Below, in pieces: positions 39,033 through 49,435 of a stretch of DNA of 64,000 bases. The DNA lies in assembly GCA_965249275.1 (NCBI GenBank), contig CBDFLQ010000007.1:864001-928000 (forward strand), read 5' to 3'. The notes beneath the pieces were generated by a model. That model ran no database searches. It was not told the origin of the DNA and worked only from the letters and a program-made list of their open reading frames with translations. Made by a program: the position numbers and the translations under genes. This DNA comes from Dehalococcoidia bacterium. Its GTDB lineage: Bacteria; Chloroflexota; Dehalococcoidia; Plut-88900. How positions within the stretch are numbered: position 1 is the first letter of the stretch; every line of letters begins with the position of its first letter.

Positions 39033-39432
39033 CAGGCGATGGAAGGTCCACAGACTATGCTCGGCAGGCCCCGTCCAGGGCCCCTGCCGATTCAACGCTT
39101 CCCATTACCGGATGCGTTTACCCCGGCCCATTGCGCGCCGGTTTCCCGGGTAGGTCAACCAACCCCCGGTTTAGCAAGGTCCTCGTGTCCTTGTTTGTCC
39201 CGCCATCCCCGCCATCCGTCTACCCGGCGGATGCACCGGGACGCCGGTTATGAAAGTCCGCCTCAGGCGGTATCTTCCCCGTCAGCGGTCCGGTCAAGTG
39301 CCGCTGCCGGTAGGATCGGCCCCACACAACCCTGACCGCAGCCGACAACATGTGGGGATAGTCCAGCCCGGTGCCGACGGCTCGGCAGCAACCCCCGGTC
39401 TGAATTCTAGTCACCGGACCTTCCATCGCCTG
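39033..39432. ncRNA. candidate large structured ncRNA (or MITE), 400 nt
   Basis: Perfect 17-bp terminal stem CAGGCGATGGAAGGTCC/GGACCTTCCATCGCCTG enclosing about ten further helices; no convincing ORF. Confidence 0.5.
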
Positions 39433-39565
39433 CCCCCTACAAACAAAACGGAACCCCAAACGCCAACTGAATAAACACCGTCCCCTCCCCCTGGTTGCGT
39501 GATACACTTCATCCAACCCCATCCCCTGAGCCTTTCCGCCATCCCTTATGGAGGTGCCGACGCCC

Positions 39566-40552
39566 ATGAATTACGACATGGAGATACCAACCAGCCGGGA
39601 AGCGGTCTTCGTGCCGATTCCATTCGCCGGGCCCAAAGAGATAGTGAAGATAGTCCAGGACGCCGAGAAGCTCGGCTATCACGCCGTCTGGGGCACCGAC
39701 TTCATGACCCTGGCCCCGGGCGTATCCCCCCTGGAAGACCCTGACCCGCCCAACTGGTACGAGCTCATCGTGTCCCTGTCCTACCTGGCCGCCGTCACGG
39801 ACAAGATCATGCTCGGGACCGGCGTCGTCCTGCTCCCCTATCGGGACCCGATAATCCTGGCCCGGCAGATCACGACTCTGGACCACTTCAGCAACGGCAG
39901 AGTTGCCTTGGGAATAGGGCTCGGCAACCGAGCCGAGTACGAGATGGTCCAGCCCAAGATGCGCAAGGTACACCGGGGCCGCATGCTCGACGAGAAGATG
40001 GAGGCCTTGCATCAGCTCCTCGGACACTCCGAGCGCGCCGTCAGTTATTCCGGCAAGTACGTCGAGTTCCGGGACGTGGAGATATTCCCGAAGCCTGTGC
40101 AAAACCCGCTTCCCATGTACGCTCCGGGTCGGAACCCGGACGCCCTAAAACGCATAGCCAAGTGGGGCAATGGACTCTTCACGGCGGCCTCGGCCGGTCG
40201 GAGCGCCATTGACGCCTTGGAGCCGCTTCTGGAGCAGCAGGGCCGCAGCCTGGACGAGATCCACGTCATCGCCGAGGGTGAACTGAGCCTGGGATCTACC
40301 CACGAGGAAGCTGTGGAGCACTACCGCAACAGCATGCAGGGGCAGTTCCGTCTGGCTAAAGGCTTCTCCCTGGACAATATCGTGGAGCAGAACTGGATCG
40401 GTACCGTCGACGAGGTGGTTGATAAGATTGGTCAACTGAAGGACTTGGGCATCAACCACGTTAACGCCCTTCACATCGCCGGAGACACCATACCGGAGAT
40501 GATGGAGCAAGTGGAGTCGTTCGCGAAGGACGTGATGGCCAATGTGGGATGA
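39566..40552 (+). CDS. LLM-class (probably F420-dependent) oxidoreductase
   Basis: AEKLGYHAVW, TLDHFSNGR, PKPVQNPLP; GGAGGT RBS. Confidence 0.9.
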   Translation: MNYDMEIPTSREAVFVPIPFAGPKEIVKIVQDAEKLGYHAVWGTDFMTLAPGVSPLEDPDPPNWYELIVSLSYLAAVTDKIMLGTGVVLLPYRDPIILARQITTLDHFSNGRVALGIGLGNRAEYEMVQPKMRKVHRGRMLDEKMEALHQLLGHSERAVSYSGKYVEFRDVEIFPKPVQNPLPMYAPGRNPDALKRIAKWGNGLFTAASAGRSAIDALEPLLEQQGRSLDEIHVIAEGELSLGSTHEEAVEHYRNSMQGQFRLAKGFSLDNIVEQNWIGTVDEVVDKIGQLKDLGINHVNALHIAGDTIPEMMEQVESFAKDVMANVG

Positions 40553-40560
40553 CGGGTGTG

Positions 40561-41811
40561 TTAGGCTGGGTCGGGGGAAGCGCGTTCTGCCGATGGGGGG
40601 AGGTCCCATTTCTTGGACAGAAGGAGGGCGGCGACCGTCATAAACAGGGGGGCCATGCTGGTGATAGTGATGGCGAGTCGGACATCCGAGGTGAGGTCCT
40701 GTATGATCCCTGAGATGATCGGGCCCAGGAAGGCGCCACCCCATAGGGACATGAAGAGGGCCGAGACGGCGACGGCTGTTTCCCGGGGTTTGATGCCCGG
40801 GAGTTCGTAGGGGATGGTCGTGGCGGCGGGGAAGAAGGTCCACCCGAGGCTCTGCACCACAAACAGCAGGACCAGGATCCACAAGGGTCCTACCCAGAGC
40901 AATCCCATAGAGGAAGCGACGAGGATGATCCCGGAAAGCATGAGTACCGTCCTCTTGCCTCCCTTTCGGCTCACGTAGAATCCGACGCTGAGCCCGGTAA
41001 AGGATGTAAAGAGGCCCCCGATGCCCATCACCACCGCGGATTCGAGTTCCGACATTCCAAAATGGTCGAGGCGGAAGATGGGCCAGAATGTGGAGAAACC
41101 GGTGAAGTTGATGCCCTGGCCGAACATCCCGAAAGCAAGAAGCCAAAGTTCCTTGTAGCGTTTGACGATAGCGAAGGGGTTGATGCGTTCTACGGGAGCC
41201 TGTACAGCGGTTTCCAAGTTCTTGCCGTCCCGGCCGAGGAAGAGCCATCCTAGGTTCAGGGCAAGGAGGCTCGATCCAACAACGTAGGAAGCGTTGCGCC
41301 AGCTATCATCCAGCACCTCGATGAGCAGGGGCACGGCCATAATGCCGAGAGCCACGAAGCCCCACATGAAGTTGCCCATGGTGTTGGCAATTACGATCTC
41401 CCGGGGCGGGACCCAGCGGCGGATGAGCATGACCCAGGCGGGTTCTCGGGCAACGGCGGTTATGCCGTAGAGGAACCTGCCGAGGAGCAGCAAGACATAG
41501 ATCGGGGCCCAGGCCTGGAAAAATATGAGGCCCGCGGCACAGAAGAGGCTGATGGTGGTGATGTGCTTGGGGTTGAAACGGCTAAGGAACCAGCCGAATG
41601 GAACGGCCAGAAGGACATTGGCGAGCTGGGATGCGCCGCCCAGGAAGCCTTCCTGCAAGCCCGTCAGTCCAAATTCCTCACGAATGCTGGGCAGCATCAG
41701 GCCAAGGCTGGACAGGAAGACAAAGCTCCAGAGATGGGGCAGCATCCAGGAACTGAGCACGACCCATCGGTATCGGGGGTAGACGGGGGTAGAGGCGTAG
41801 GCTGTAGTCAT
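40561..41811 (-). CDS. MFS transporter
   Basis: About 12 TM segments, YRWVVL N-terminus, GRFLYG motif. Confidence 0.85.
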   Translation of the reverse strand: MTTAYASTPVYPRYRWVVLSSWMLPHLWSFVFLSSLGLMLPSIREEFGLTGLQEGFLGGASQLANVLLAVPFGWFLSRFNPKHITTISLFCAAGLIFFQAWAPIYVLLLLGRFLYGITAVAREPAWVMLIRRWVPPREIVIANTMGNFMWGFVALGIMAVPLLIEVLDDSWRNASYVVGSSLLALNLGWLFLGRDGKNLETAVQAPVERINPFAIVKRYKELWLLAFGMFGQGINFTGFSTFWPIFRLDHFGMSELESAVVMGIGGLFTSFTGLSVGFYVSRKGGKRTVLMLSGIILVASSMGLLWVGPLWILVLLFVVQSLGWTFFPAATTIPYELPGIKPRETAVAVSALFMSLWGGAFLGPIISGIIQDLTSDVRLAITITSMAPLFMTVAALLLSKKWDLPPSAERASPDPA

Positions 41812-41896
41812 CGACTCGGGCCCCGATTGGCGCGGAGGCCCTGGTCAAGTGCCCCTGAATTACCGGGCAGTTTCATTGCTGTAAGGCGGCGCAAGT

Positions 41897-42154
41897 CTAT
41901 GCCTGCACCATGGCCTTTCGGGACCGCAAGAGGTTTATGAGTCCGACTACGGCCACCATGGTCCAGGTGCCCTCCAGTATCACGAAGGGGAAGAAGTCGA
42001 TGAGGATTGAGGCGGTGCAGGCCAGCGCTCCCCCGACAAGGTTGAGAAGGATGTATTTGTAGGTGCGGCGTTGCATCAGGCCAAACAGGTTGAGAGAGAA
42101 CCCAACAAGAATCATGCTTACGCCTATGGTACCCAGCACTTCGGCAAACGACAT
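41897..42154 (-). CDS. small membrane protein (CBU_0592-like)
   Basis: LG.IGV..IL, Y..LNLVG, PF.ILEG.W. Confidence 0.65.
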   Translation of the reverse strand: MSFAEVLGTIGVSMILVGFSLNLFGLMQRRTYKYILLNLVGGALACTASILIDFFPFVILEGTWTMVAVVGLINLLRSRKAMVQA

Positions 42155-42217
42155 TTCAGTCCTCGAACGTGGTGCAGTTTTTGACAGGGGAGTGGGTCGG
42201 CACCCGATTAGGTTACC

Positions 42218-42739
42218 TTAACCCCACAGCTTGGAGAAGTTTAACGCCCTGGGACAATGCCCATATGCCTCTTCAATGGTCACCATGATCCCCTGCTGCA
42301 CTTTCGAGTTGTCGTCCGGGTTGTGGACTTCCAGCTCGACTTCCAAACGTGCAAGCTCTTCTTTGCTCACGAATTCCATCGTCCCGTTCACGCGCACCGT
42401 ATCTCCGATGCCGGGAATGAAGAAGATCAGACCGATGTGGGGATTGTCCGTCATGTTCAGATAGGACTGGAACAGCCTGTTGCCGGCAACGTCGGGGATA
42501 AGCAGGCGGGTGTCGTCCAAGACCTTTACGAAACCAGGCATACCGCCCTTAGGCGATGCGTCGCAGGTGCCGTCGGCGCTGCTTGTGGCCATTACAAGAA
42601 ATGGCGATTGTTGGATGAATTCCTTTTCCTTGTCAGAGAGGAAAGACTTGACCTTCGTCGCCGGCCTCTTCTTGGGGAACCCGAATTCGCGGGTAAACTT
42701 ATTGTCAAATGTCTTTTCTATGTTTTGTACTTCGATCAT
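42218..42739 (-). CDS. pyridoxamine 5'-phosphate oxidase-related FMN-binding protein
   Basis: CDASPKGG.PGF, IPD..GN, RVNG, HCPRA. Confidence 0.85.
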   Translation of the reverse strand: MIEVQNIEKTFDNKFTREFGFPKKRPATKVKSFLSDKEKEFIQQSPFLVMATSSADGTCDASPKGGMPGFVKVLDDTRLLIPDVAGNRLFQSYLNMTDNPHIGLIFFIPGIGDTVRVNGTMEFVSKEELARLEVELEVHNPDDNSKVQQGIMVTIEEAYGHCPRALNFSKLWG

Positions 42740-42759
42740 CTCATTACTCTCCAACACAG

Positions 42760-43908
42760 TCAGCCCAGGCCATATAGCTCTGCGGCATTTGTATATGTGA
42801 TCCGCCTCTGTTCCAGCTCCGTAAGTCCTCCCAACACATGAGTCAGCACCTGCCTTGATCGGGGCCAGGTCGACTCTCGGTGGGGGTAGTCCGACCCCCA
42901 CATTACCCTATCGACCCCTACCATAGAAAGTAGCGGCACGAATACAGGGTCCTCCATGAAGGTGAAAAGAACGTTCTGTCTTATGAAGTCACTCGGGAGT
43001 TTGCCGTCCTTGAAGCGTATTTCCGTCACGTATCCATGCTCAGAATAGGTCATGTCCATGCGGTGTATGAAGTGCGGCGCCCAGCCTACGTCGTGCTCTA
43101 CTACAGCCAACCGGAGGCCAGGGTAACGTTCGAACACGCCTGCGAAGACCATGTCGGCAACGGAGCGCATGGCCCAATAGTGGTACGTAGATCTGAAGGC
43201 TGCGTCACCGGACTTCTGCACGGTCATGGCAAAGTCGCCAATGCTGAACCTGCCGGGCCCCGGCCTTTCAGAACCTGCGTGCATGCTCAGAGGCATACAC
43301 AAATCCTCGGCCTTTTCCCAAAACGAGTTGTAGAAGGGTAGACGGTAGGGCGATTCATCTCCTGGATAGGTAGGTATGGCTGCGGAGCGCAATCCTAACT
43401 TGGAGCACCTGTGCAGTTCATCTACAGCATCCTCGGTGTTTTCTACGTTTATAAGGGCTGCGCCGGCCAGCTTACTTGGATAAGCCCCGACAAATTCAGA
43501 CGTCCAGTCGTTCACCGCGCGAAAACAGGCCGACATCAGTTCTCCACCGACTGGCGAAGTATAGATGCGGGTCCCGATGGTCGAGTAGACCATCTCGGCC
43601 TCAACACCGTCCTCTGCCATGGCCTCCAACCTTGCGCCAGGGTCGTAGCCAGCCTCGGGGACCTCTTCCATGCGGGCGGCGAGACCAAGGTTCGACAATC
43701 CCTCATACCGACGCCCAGCCTGCGAAGGCGCACCCAACGACCCCAAATTAACCCCATCTCCCACCACCCAGCGATGCACTCCATCTTCCTCTACAAGCCT
43801 CGGGGCGGCATCCTTGAACCGGTTATCTATCCTCTCCTCCCAGAGGTCGGGAGGTTCTACAACGTGGGAGTCAGCAGAGATCAGCGAGGTTATGGCCATA
43901 GTCTTCAT
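42760..43908 (-). CDS. amidohydrolase_2 family protein
   Basis: ISADSHVVEP, GVFERYP, WGSDYPHRESTWP. Confidence 0.9.
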   Translation of the reverse strand: MKTMAITSLISADSHVVEPPDLWEERIDNRFKDAAPRLVEEDGVHRWVVGDGVNLGSLGAPSQAGRRYEGLSNLGLAARMEEVPEAGYDPGARLEAMAEDGVEAEMVYSTIGTRIYTSPVGGELMSACFRAVNDWTSEFVGAYPSKLAGAALINVENTEDAVDELHRCSKLGLRSAAIPTYPGDESPYRLPFYNSFWEKAEDLCMPLSMHAGSERPGPGRFSIGDFAMTVQKSGDAAFRSTYHYWAMRSVADMVFAGVFERYPGLRLAVVEHDVGWAPHFIHRMDMTYSEHGYVTEIRFKDGKLPSDFIRQNVLFTFMEDPVFVPLLSMVGVDRVMWGSDYPHRESTWPRSRQVLTHVLGGLTELEQRRITYTNAAELYGLG

Positions 43909-44318
43909 GCGGTGCTCTTAAGGAGTCGTGGGTCTCCATAGATTACAGGCAGACTGGGCATCTGGCCTCTGTCCAGTGGCCGGGGAATGCAGGGCTGTCG
44001 GGGCCTATTGGGGGCTTGCGGAGAGGATGGGATTAGTATTTAGCTACGAACTACCTACAATTTGGTGTTCATTCCCACAATGCTTACCACACTCATAGGG
44101 CGAAAGTAACGCCCCTGAAGATTGCCACGCAATGTATGGTATCACGCCTTCACCTATGACTATGACCGGAGCGACTGGATCTGGTTTGCGGAACGCATCT
44201 AAGTGCCGGTCGCGTTGGGCCTTGATTAGAAGTTCGAGTCTGATCAAGCACACCTGAGCGTACTGTATTGCGAAGTATTCGGTGGGTAGTGCCAATTTAG
44301 GTTGTGTTCTCAGAAGTT

Positions 44319-45557
44319 GAGATCTTTGCATAACCTTGGGATAGGGGCAACAATAAGGTGCTTGAGCATCGATGTATGAGGAGGGTGGTATGCACCGAGA
44401 CATGGGCCAATCTTCATTAGCGGAATCGTTGTTGCCTGAGACCTTGGGTAACAATGAACGGCTGCAACGAATCGACGATGCGGTGGACTGGGGTCGGTTC
44501 GGCCGGTTGGTTGTGGGAGTCTACTCGGCGTGTGAAGGAAGGCCTAGCTATCCACCGCTGACGATGGTCAAGGTGCTATTGCTGGAGCAGTGGTACAACC
44601 TGTCGGATCCTCAGATGGAGGAGGCTCTGGGGGACCGGATATCGTTCCGGCGGTTTGTGGGGCTGGGGCTTCAGGATGACACACCTGACCACTCTACGAT
44701 GAGCCGGTTCCGGGCCATGTTGACGGAGATAGGGGTTGTGGAAGGGTTGATGGAAGAGTTGAACAGGCAGCTAGAGGAGAAGGGGATGATGGTGAAGGCT
44801 GGGACGCTGATGGATGCGACGCTAGTGGAGTCCCAGGGGAGGCGGGTGTCAAAGAAAGAAGAGGCAACGGATAAGGATGCGGCATGGGCACGTAAGGGAG
44901 GACGGAATTACTACGGGTACAAGGTGCATGTTGGGGTGGACGAGGGGAGTGGGCTGATACGGAAGGCGGTGTTGACGCCGGCCAACCTGAACGACACGGA
45001 GGTGGCCGACGAGTTAATAATGGGAGACGAGGGGGCGGTGCACGCTGATCGGGCGTACGACACGCATGAGAGGAGGCAGAAGCTGAAGTCTATGGGGATA
45101 GGGGACAGGACAATGAAGAGGGGGAACAAGCATCATCCTGAAGTTAGTGAAGAGGATAGGGAACGGAACGAGCTGATATCGAGGGTGAGGGCCAGAGTGG
45201 AGAAGGTGTTCGGGACACTGAAGCGGACATACGGATACAGTCGGGTGCGCTACGGAGATGTGGTTGAAGTGCATGGCCTACAATCTGCGCAGGGCAGATC
45301 GGATAGTGCTAAATGGAACGTGAGAAAGTGGCGGAGCAGTGGGCTATGCAGGAACGTCTGTTATTGAAACAGCCTCCTGGGGACGTTCTGGCTGTTAGCA
45401 GACGCCGGAATTCCCCATCCCAAGGCATAAGATCACCGACCTTAGCAACTGAGACATCCCAAAATCACAACATCGTGAGTTACGTAAAGGTCTCATCGAG
45501 GGAGAGGGTATAGGACTCCGCCCCACGCCCTCTCCCTTGGGGTTATGCAAACGTCTC
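44319..45557 (+). mobile_element. IS5-family element with two candidate right ends
   Basis: Left IR GAGATCTTTGCATAACC (44319); right-end-like GTTACGTAAAGGTCTC (~45479-45494) and GGTTATGCAAACGTCTC (45541-45557); no clear TSD. Confidence 0.8.
44372..45367 (+). pseudogene. IS5-family transposase with C-terminal deletion/frameshift
   Basis: PDHSTMSRFR, MDATLVE, GYKVHVG, ADRAYD, RARVEKVFG; after RVRY the expected tail EMWLKCMAYNLRR lies in another frame. Confidence 0.85.
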
Positions 45558-45584
45558 AAGTCGGGAGAGGCTTTTACCAGTTCG

Positions 45585-45700
45585 AATCCAGGCAGGTGGA
45601 CTCCGACACTAAATCCCGCTTACAGTGGCGCTACCGCGGCGGCTTTTCACCGCCTTCCCTATTCTCCCTGGATGGGCACCTGAACGGGGAGTGGTCTGTG
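45585..45700 (-). ncRNA. cobalamin riboswitch (short form)
   Basis: Minus strand TTCAGGTGCCC...GGGAGAATAGGGAAGGCGGTGAAAAGCCGCCGCGGTAGCGCCACTGTAA...GTCGGAGTCCACCTGCCTGGA: AGGGAA, GGTGAAAA T-loop, GCCACTG and B12-box-like ACCTGCC. Confidence 0.85.
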
Positions 45701-45717
45701 TTTATGATTTGGAGTTG

Positions 45718-45746
45718 AGGATATTGGCACGGGAGCGAAGTGTCAA
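45718..45746 (-). promoter_or_regulatory. sigma70-type promoter upstream of riboswitch
   Basis: TTGACA-N17-TATCCT. Confidence 0.65.
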
Positions 45747-45918
45747 GGGTCGGCATTAGTACGGGATTTCTGTTGCTTTTGGCTATGGCGTGGTTACACA
45801 ATGTTGCGTGATTTGGCAGGTAGGCGACATCATCTGTAAGCCGAGCGAGATAACAGCACTGTTTTGCGACTGAATCGGGCGACATTGTTCCGCTACGCCA
45901 CGAGGATTTCCAGCTAGC

Positions 45919-46422
45919 ATGGATTTGTACGTACTAAGGCACGGCGTCGCAGCCGACCGAGATTGGACCGAGTACCCCAACGACGACCTGCGACCATTGA
46001 CGGACCACGGGACAGCAAAACTGGCTCAACAGGTTAAGGGGCTGAATGCTATTGGTCTCTCATTAGACCTGATGATAACCAGCCCCTTGGTGCGGGCTGA
46101 ACAGACGGCTCAGATAGTCCGGGATGGCCTTGCGAGGCCCGGCGAGCTAGTGACGGCCAATACCCTCGTTCCGGAAGCGCATCCCTATCTGTTCTTGGAA
46201 GAACTGGCTTCAAAGCACCGAACCAGGGCAAGCGTGATGGTGGTCGGGCACGAACCGCACCTGAGCAGCTTTGTCTCGATGGTGGTGAGCGGGGACCCGA
46301 GCGGGTTAATTCGCCTAAAAAAGGGTGCGTTGTGCAAGCTCAGGCTGGCATCACTGGATGGCACGCGTTGCGGGTGGCTCGAATGGCTGATGACGCCCGA
46401 CCAGATGATTAGGCTCGGCTAA
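45919..46422 (+). CDS. sixA: phosphohistidine phosphatase SixA
   Basis: LRHG, RPLT, SPLVRAEQTA, VGHEP. Confidence 0.88.
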   Translation: MDLYVLRHGVAADRDWTEYPNDDLRPLTDHGTAKLAQQVKGLNAIGLSLDLMITSPLVRAEQTAQIVRDGLARPGELVTANTLVPEAHPYLFLEELASKHRTRASVMVVGHEPHLSSFVSMVVSGDPSGLIRLKKGALCKLRLASLDGTRCGWLEWLMTPDQMIRLG

Positions 46423-46569
46423 CGGTCGGTGAGAAGCAAGTCCGAGCATTCACTGTTCCGGACTGTTCAAGAGTCCTTCATAGACAATGATTGACGCGCC
46501 GTGTCGTAAGGGTTAAGACTTGCAGATACTGTCAGTGAGCTTTAGAACTTCAGGAATGTGGGACTGAAT

Positions 46570-47495
46570 ATGAACAACCGAAAGCTCCAACAGAAGAAGA
46601 GGTCCTGGGATATGCAAACAGCTGCTCAAACTGGGGTAGATGGGGTGCCGACGACCAGCTTGGAACGCTGAACCTGGTAACCGAGGAGAAGCGTCGGCGG
46701 GCGGCGGAGCTTGTGGAAGACGGCAAGTCCGTTTCTTGTGCATGGACTATATCCAAGGACCTGCACGGGGAGACTATGTCCCAGGCGCTCCATTACATGA
46801 CGGAGACCGGGGAGGCGGGGCCTGACGCCGAAGAATCAGGTGACTTTATGGGTGTGGCGTACCACAGCAACTCCATCACGCACGTCGATGCGCTCTGCCA
46901 CATCTTTACCGAGGGCAAAATGTACAACGGCCTCCCGGCCAACCTGGTGAAGAGCGGAACCGGGGCTGAGGCGGAGTCGATAGAACTCTTGGCGCAGGGG
47001 GTCGTTACCCGGGGCGTGCTATTGGACATTCCCAGGCTGCGGGGTGTGAAGTGGCTGATGGAACCGGAACCCATCTTTCCCGAAGAACTGGAGGAGGCGG
47101 AGAAGGCCCAGGGTGTGAGGGTGGAATCCGGGGACATATTGCTGATTCGCACCGGACACCTGGCACGGTGCTACTCAGGGGAATTGTCGGCGTCAGATGA
47201 ACCGAGGCCCGGGCCACATGCTTCGTGCATACCCTGGTGGAAGGAACGGGACATAGCGATGCTGGCCGGAGACCAGTCCAACGAGGTATGGCCGTCGGGC
47301 TACGAGGGCATCCGGTCGCCGAATCATGCGATAGCCATACCTCACATGGGGCTTTGGCTCATCGACAATGCCAATTTAGAGGACCTCGCGGTGGAATGTG
47401 TTAGGCGGAATCGATGGGAATTCATGATGGTTGTGGCTCCCCTCAGGTTCCATAATGCGACCGGGTCACCGGCTAATCCGCTGGCGATATTTTAG
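46570..47495 (+). pseudogene. cyclase/kynurenine formamidase-like metal hydrolase, start out of frame
   Basis: Frame upstream of 46713 reads NWGRWGADDQLGTLN; H....THVDA.CH and GD..LIRTG motifs; ATG at 46570 is one base out of frame. Confidence 0.75.
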
Positions 47496-47621
47496 CTTGC
47501 GTCTGCCAAAGCAGAAGGAAGCGGGTAAGGTAACACACGCCCAGCTCGGGAATTGGTGTACCGGCCACTGTCTTAACTGGACTATTGAGGCCGGATCAAG
47601 TAGCAAAAGAGGACAAATTTC

Positions 47622-48062
47622 ATGAAGATGACCGAAGAGCAAGTGCGTCGATTCCTGGACGAACCCCGAATCGCCAGGGTGGCTTCGAACAGCCCCGACG
47701 GTTTCCCCTTTCTGATTGCCACCTGGTATTTGTATGAGGACGACAAACTGCTCTTTTTCTGCGGAAGGGCTGCGCCGAGGGCCAAGGCACTCCAAAATGA
47801 TGCAAGGATGGCGTTTCTCATCGACGATGATCACTACCCCTATAGGCAGGTCACTTTGCAGGGCTCGGGGCACGTGGAGAAATCCGAGTCCAAAGCGGGA
47901 GTGTATATTGAGCGAATTTGCATAAGGTATCTCGGACCTGACGCAGGGCTCAGGTATTCGGAATCGTTAAAGCAGTCAATCAATCCCGTCCTTGTAGGAG
48001 TCGAGGTATCCAAGCTGATTTCGTGGGACTACTACACGGGTGGGTACAGGACGAAGGCCTAA
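47622..48062 (+). CDS. PPOX-class (pyridoxamine 5'-phosphate oxidase-like) flavin/F420 oxidoreductase
   Basis: MTEEQVRRFL, DGFP...WY, PYRQV..G, ISWDY. Confidence 0.75.
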   Translation: MKMTEEQVRRFLDEPRIARVASNSPDGFPFLIATWYLYEDDKLLFFCGRAAPRAKALQNDARMAFLIDDDHYPYRQVTLQGSGHVEKSESKAGVYIERICIRYLGPDAGLRYSESLKQSINPVLVGVEVSKLISWDYYTGGYRTKA

Positions 48063-48084
48063 GGATAGCCACTCACAAGCGCCC

Positions 48085-49435
48085 ATGAAGAGGGCTTTAG
48101 ACGGGATACGCATCCTTGATTTGGCTGGGGAGGAAGGGCAACTTTGCGGTCGGTTGCTAGCCGATTTGCGGGCGGAAGTCATCAAGGTAGAACCTACCCA
48201 AGGTGACCCGGCAAGGCGTATAGGCCCGTTCAGGCGCGGGGCGCCGGATGACGAGGCAAGCCTGCGATTTCTCCACCTGAACAGCAACAAGAAGAGTGTA
48301 ACCCTTGACCTGACTGCGGGCCAGGGTAGGGAGCAACTAAGAAGGCTGGCCCATACGGCCGATGCCATAATCAAGACCTCGGTGGAAGGGGCTCTTGGGT
48401 ATGAAAGCCTGAGAGAGGAAAACCCGAGTCTTGTTGTGGCGTCGATCACGGGGTTCGGGCTCGATGGGCCTTACAGCCGCTTCAAGGCGCCGGGTATCGT
48501 GGTATCGGCGATGGGTGGTGTGATGTATTTGTGTGGTTCGCCGGATCGGGTGCCATTGGCCGAGCCGGAATACCAACCCTACCAGCTTGCGTCTACTTAC
48601 GCAGCATTTGGGCTGCTCATGGCCTTGAGACACCGGGAGAGCACGGGGCAAGGGCAGCGGGTCGATGTGTCGTGCCAAGAGGTTAGCGCGTCGCAGCAGC
48701 ACGTAGTCGTGAACTACAGCCCCAACGGAGCGGTCCTGGTGCGAGAGGGAAACCGGGGACCCTTGGGCGGAGGCATGCCGGAGGGCGTCTATCCGGGCAG
48801 TGACGGTTTCTGCCACGTCGTAATCATTCCTCGGGGGCACTGGCACGGTCTGCTCGAATGGATGGGCAGGCCGGAGGCTCTCATGGACCCGATTTGGGAG
48901 AACCGGCACGTATGCAATGCAAATCTCGAATTCATAGAACCCCAAGTACTGGAGTTCATGAGGGGGTTGTCCAAAGATGAACTGTTCCGAAAAGGACAGG
49001 AATATCGGATCCCAATTGGCCCAATCAACCGACCCAACGAATTCACCGGAGACCCCTATGCAATAGAAAGGGGGTTTGTTCGTGCACGTAGAGGACGGGG
49101 TGTCGGGAATAAGCAGGCTTGTGTGCAGTCCGTTCAGGATGAGCAAGACGCCCGGCAGTATCTTCTCGCCTGCTCCCGGCTTAGGTGAACATAACGAAGA
49201 AGCCTTAACACCAACAATGGCAGCCGGAGCGCCCGCACGACCTCCTTCAATTGAAGCAGGGCGGACAGATAAGCCCGGCAAGGATTTACCACTTCAAGGC
49301 ATTCGCGTACTGGACTTCACTTTTGCCATAGCAGGGCCGGTCCTGACGCAAGTCTTGGGAGAGAACGGGGCGGAGGTGATAAAAGTTGAGTCGGAGGCCA
49401 GGCAGCAGAGGGGTCGGAGATTGCGTCGGAGATGA
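48085..49435 (+). pseudogene. two-domain CaiB/BaiF CoA-transferase, frameshifted and truncated
   Basis: Domain 1 ALDGIRILDL...NKKSVTLDL; frame change near 49080 (PFRMSKTPG...APGLGEHN); domain 2 [10 protein letters not shown]...GAEVIKVES ends abruptly. Confidence 0.8.

Noticed and set aside
39033-39432. RNase P RNA, group I intron or tmRNA identity for the 400-nt element
   Set aside because: RNase P-like words (GAAAGTCCG, AGCAAGG) occur in the wrong order; GACTA/TAGTC pairs in a nested way without group I P3/P4/P6 context or a host gene; no tRNA-like ends
44044-44454. 136-aa ORF as riboswitch target
   Set aside because: It starts inside the IS and has no recognisable motifs
45560-45610. tRNA suggested by GTTCGAATCC
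   Set aside because: No cloverleaf or CCA; it overlaps the 3' end of the minus-strand riboswitch
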